DNA of 64,000 nt from Phoronis australis. Its lineage: Eukaryota; Animalia; Phoronida. Shown one piece after another: positions 62,253-64,000 of the stretch (position 1 is its first letter; the number at the start of each line of letters is the position of its first letter). A model generated the notes under the pieces. That model saw only the letters and a program-made list of their open reading frames with translations. It ran no database searches and was not told where the DNA came from. Location: the NCBI GenBank assembly GCA_002633005.1, contig NMRA01000063.1, positions 255,415 to 319,414 on the forward strand, written 5' to 3'. The translations under genes were made by a program, and so were the position numbers.

Positions 62253-62907
62253 AGGCCTTTCCCACTGGCTTTGGTCGTCAATGGAAACAATTCAGTCTTG
62301 AATTGAAGTTAACAGTGCGGATTAACTCCGGAGTAAAAAGGTGAAGTGAAGTGTCAATGTTAACTACAATGGGAACACTTAATTTCGATGCCATAAGAGT
62401 TATCAGCAGGGGTCACTGCGGGCGGTGGTATTAAGTATGTTGTTATAATATTTATTATTTTGACAGCATAAGTATTTTATTTCAATTCATCCATGTATTA
62501 ACTGTACTCTTAACATTAAAAAATCACTGAACGTATGGTGTATGTAAAATGAGTTCCAGTAATACTGCCTTTATTTGGATCAGCTATTGAGCCTACTCAA
62601 GAGTCAGTTTTTAATATGTCATCTTCTAGTTTATTGTCGTCGTCCCAACATGGCACCGACCATTGGCTACCTTGTGAAGTTGTCATTTTAGTTTCCATTT
62701 TGGGAAAGGGATTGGTCCACAAAAACGGCATCTCATGTGACCAAGGCATGTGACTGAAAGTCACATAAGCACTGCCTTGTGATTACGTAGCTGAACTAGT
62801 TTTCTGACTATCTCCAAATCTGATGGGAACGCTTGACTTTGCGGTACTGCACTCAACATCAAAGCTTCAATAGTTGCAGAGTTACCTAACTGTATGGGAA
62901 AATGCCT
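62253..62907 (+). mobile_element. Harbinger-like MITE
   Basis: AGGCCTTTCCCA ... TGGGAAAATGCCT; homologous to 32967-33642. Confidence 0.6.
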
Positions 62908-63047
62908 TTGGTGATAACAGTTTAGGGGAAAGGTATGTAATGTAAAGTGGAGGTAAACCCATAACAAGTCATTTTATTTAAATCACTTATTGTTAGGAAA
63001 TTGTTCCTTAGTCAAAAGAGGTGTGATTTCTGTGTTTATAAAGATAT

Positions 63048-63371
63048 TGGTGAAGCCAGGCTCTACAGACTTGTTCTGTCAGCGGGAATGACATTTTATT
63101 TGGTGGAACCAGGCTCTACAGACTTGTTCTGTCAGCGGGAATGAGACATTTTATTTGGTGGAGCCAGGCTCTACAGACTTGTTCTGTCAGCGGGAATGAC
63201 ATTTTATTTGGTGGAACCAGGCTCTACAGACTTGTTCTGTCAGTGGGAATGAGACATTTTATTTGGTGGAGCCAGGCTCTACAGACTTGTTCTGTCAGCG
63301 GGAATGACATTTTATTTGGTGGAGCCAGGCTCTACAGACTTGTTCTGTCAGTGGGAATGACATTTTATTTG
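63048..63371. repeat. Tandem repeat of alternating 53- and 55-bp units, ~6 units
   Basis: CCAGGCTCTACAGACTTGTTCTGTCAG at 63056, 63109, 63164, 63217, 63272 and 63325. Confidence 0.9.
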
Positions 63372-63592
63372 CCAAGCATATTGTGAAAGCAAACCAAACT
63401 CTCCGTTCTTTGCTGGACCAAAATCTCTTCTCGTCTGAGAAAGTGACGAGTTGAGACCAATTTTTTGGTAAGTGGTCTATGAAAAATTTAGTTTCTATGA
63501 CAGAATGGTGGTTTATTGATGCTTTAAGTGTGACATATTGATGCTTTAAGTGTGACATATTGATACTTTGAGTGTGACATATTTCATTTCAG

Positions 63593-63714
63593 AAACATCT
63601 GAAGCTAACAGCACATTCTCTCTGATGATGGAGAACTCCAATGTTGGAATCATGAAGAAAAGTTTGATGGAGGTTCAGTTAACTGGTCGCCAGCAAACAA
63701 TGCCATTTATATCG
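63593..63714 (+). CDS. MTTP: MTTP-like exon (122 nt, phase 1 to 0)
   Basis: tttcag|...|gtgagt; (E)TSEANSTFSLMMENSNVGIMKKSLMEVQL (compare MTP STYSLD....GILRRS). Confidence 0.9.
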
Positions 63715-63756
63715 GTGAGTGTAGTTGGGTCATGGTCAAAGGAAGCTTAAAGCTTT

Positions 63757-64000
63757 TAGGCAAGTAGTGTCCTCGTTTGTATCACTGAACACTGTAGGCA
63801 AGTAGTGTCTTCGTTTGTATTACTGAACACTGTAGGCAAGTAGTGTCCTCGTTTATATCACTGAACACTGTAGGCAAGTAGTGTCTTCGTTTGTATCACT
63901 GAACACTGTAGGCAAGTAGTGTCCTCGTTTGTATCACTGAACACTGTAGGCAAGTAGTGTCCTCGTTTATATCACTGAACACTGTAGGCAAGTAGTGTCT
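63757..64000. repeat. 38-bp tandem repeat running off the window end
   Basis: TAGGCAAGTAGTGTCYTCGTTTRTATCACTGAACACTG. Confidence 0.95.

Overview
Eukaryotic (animal; probably a marine invertebrate, by inference from the TE families) genomic window. It holds nine internal coding exons (1401 nt, 467 codons, canonical GT-AG, phases consistent) of a microsomal triglyceride transfer protein large subunit (MTTP-like) gene on the + strand. The gene's start and end lie outside the window. The introns are greatly expanded by nested transposable elements: a decayed CR1/L2-type LINE interrupted by an intact Penelope-like element with three hammerhead-ribozyme motifs, three Kolobok elements, a Helentron-like repeat, a young LTR element with non-canonical CG..CG termini, a piggyBac transposase pseudogene, hAT-like MITEs with 5-bp TSDs, pogo/Tc1-like and Harbinger-like MITEs, a solo LTR, a gag-only DIRS/Ngaro-like element and many minisatellites. 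The most unusual observations are a possible in-frame MTTP-piggyBac exon trap, a 36-copy minisatellite built from a transposon end plus its TSD, the CG..CG LTRs, and the gag-only tyrosine-recombinase-type element. All family assignments come from motif recognition by eye; no database searches were run.
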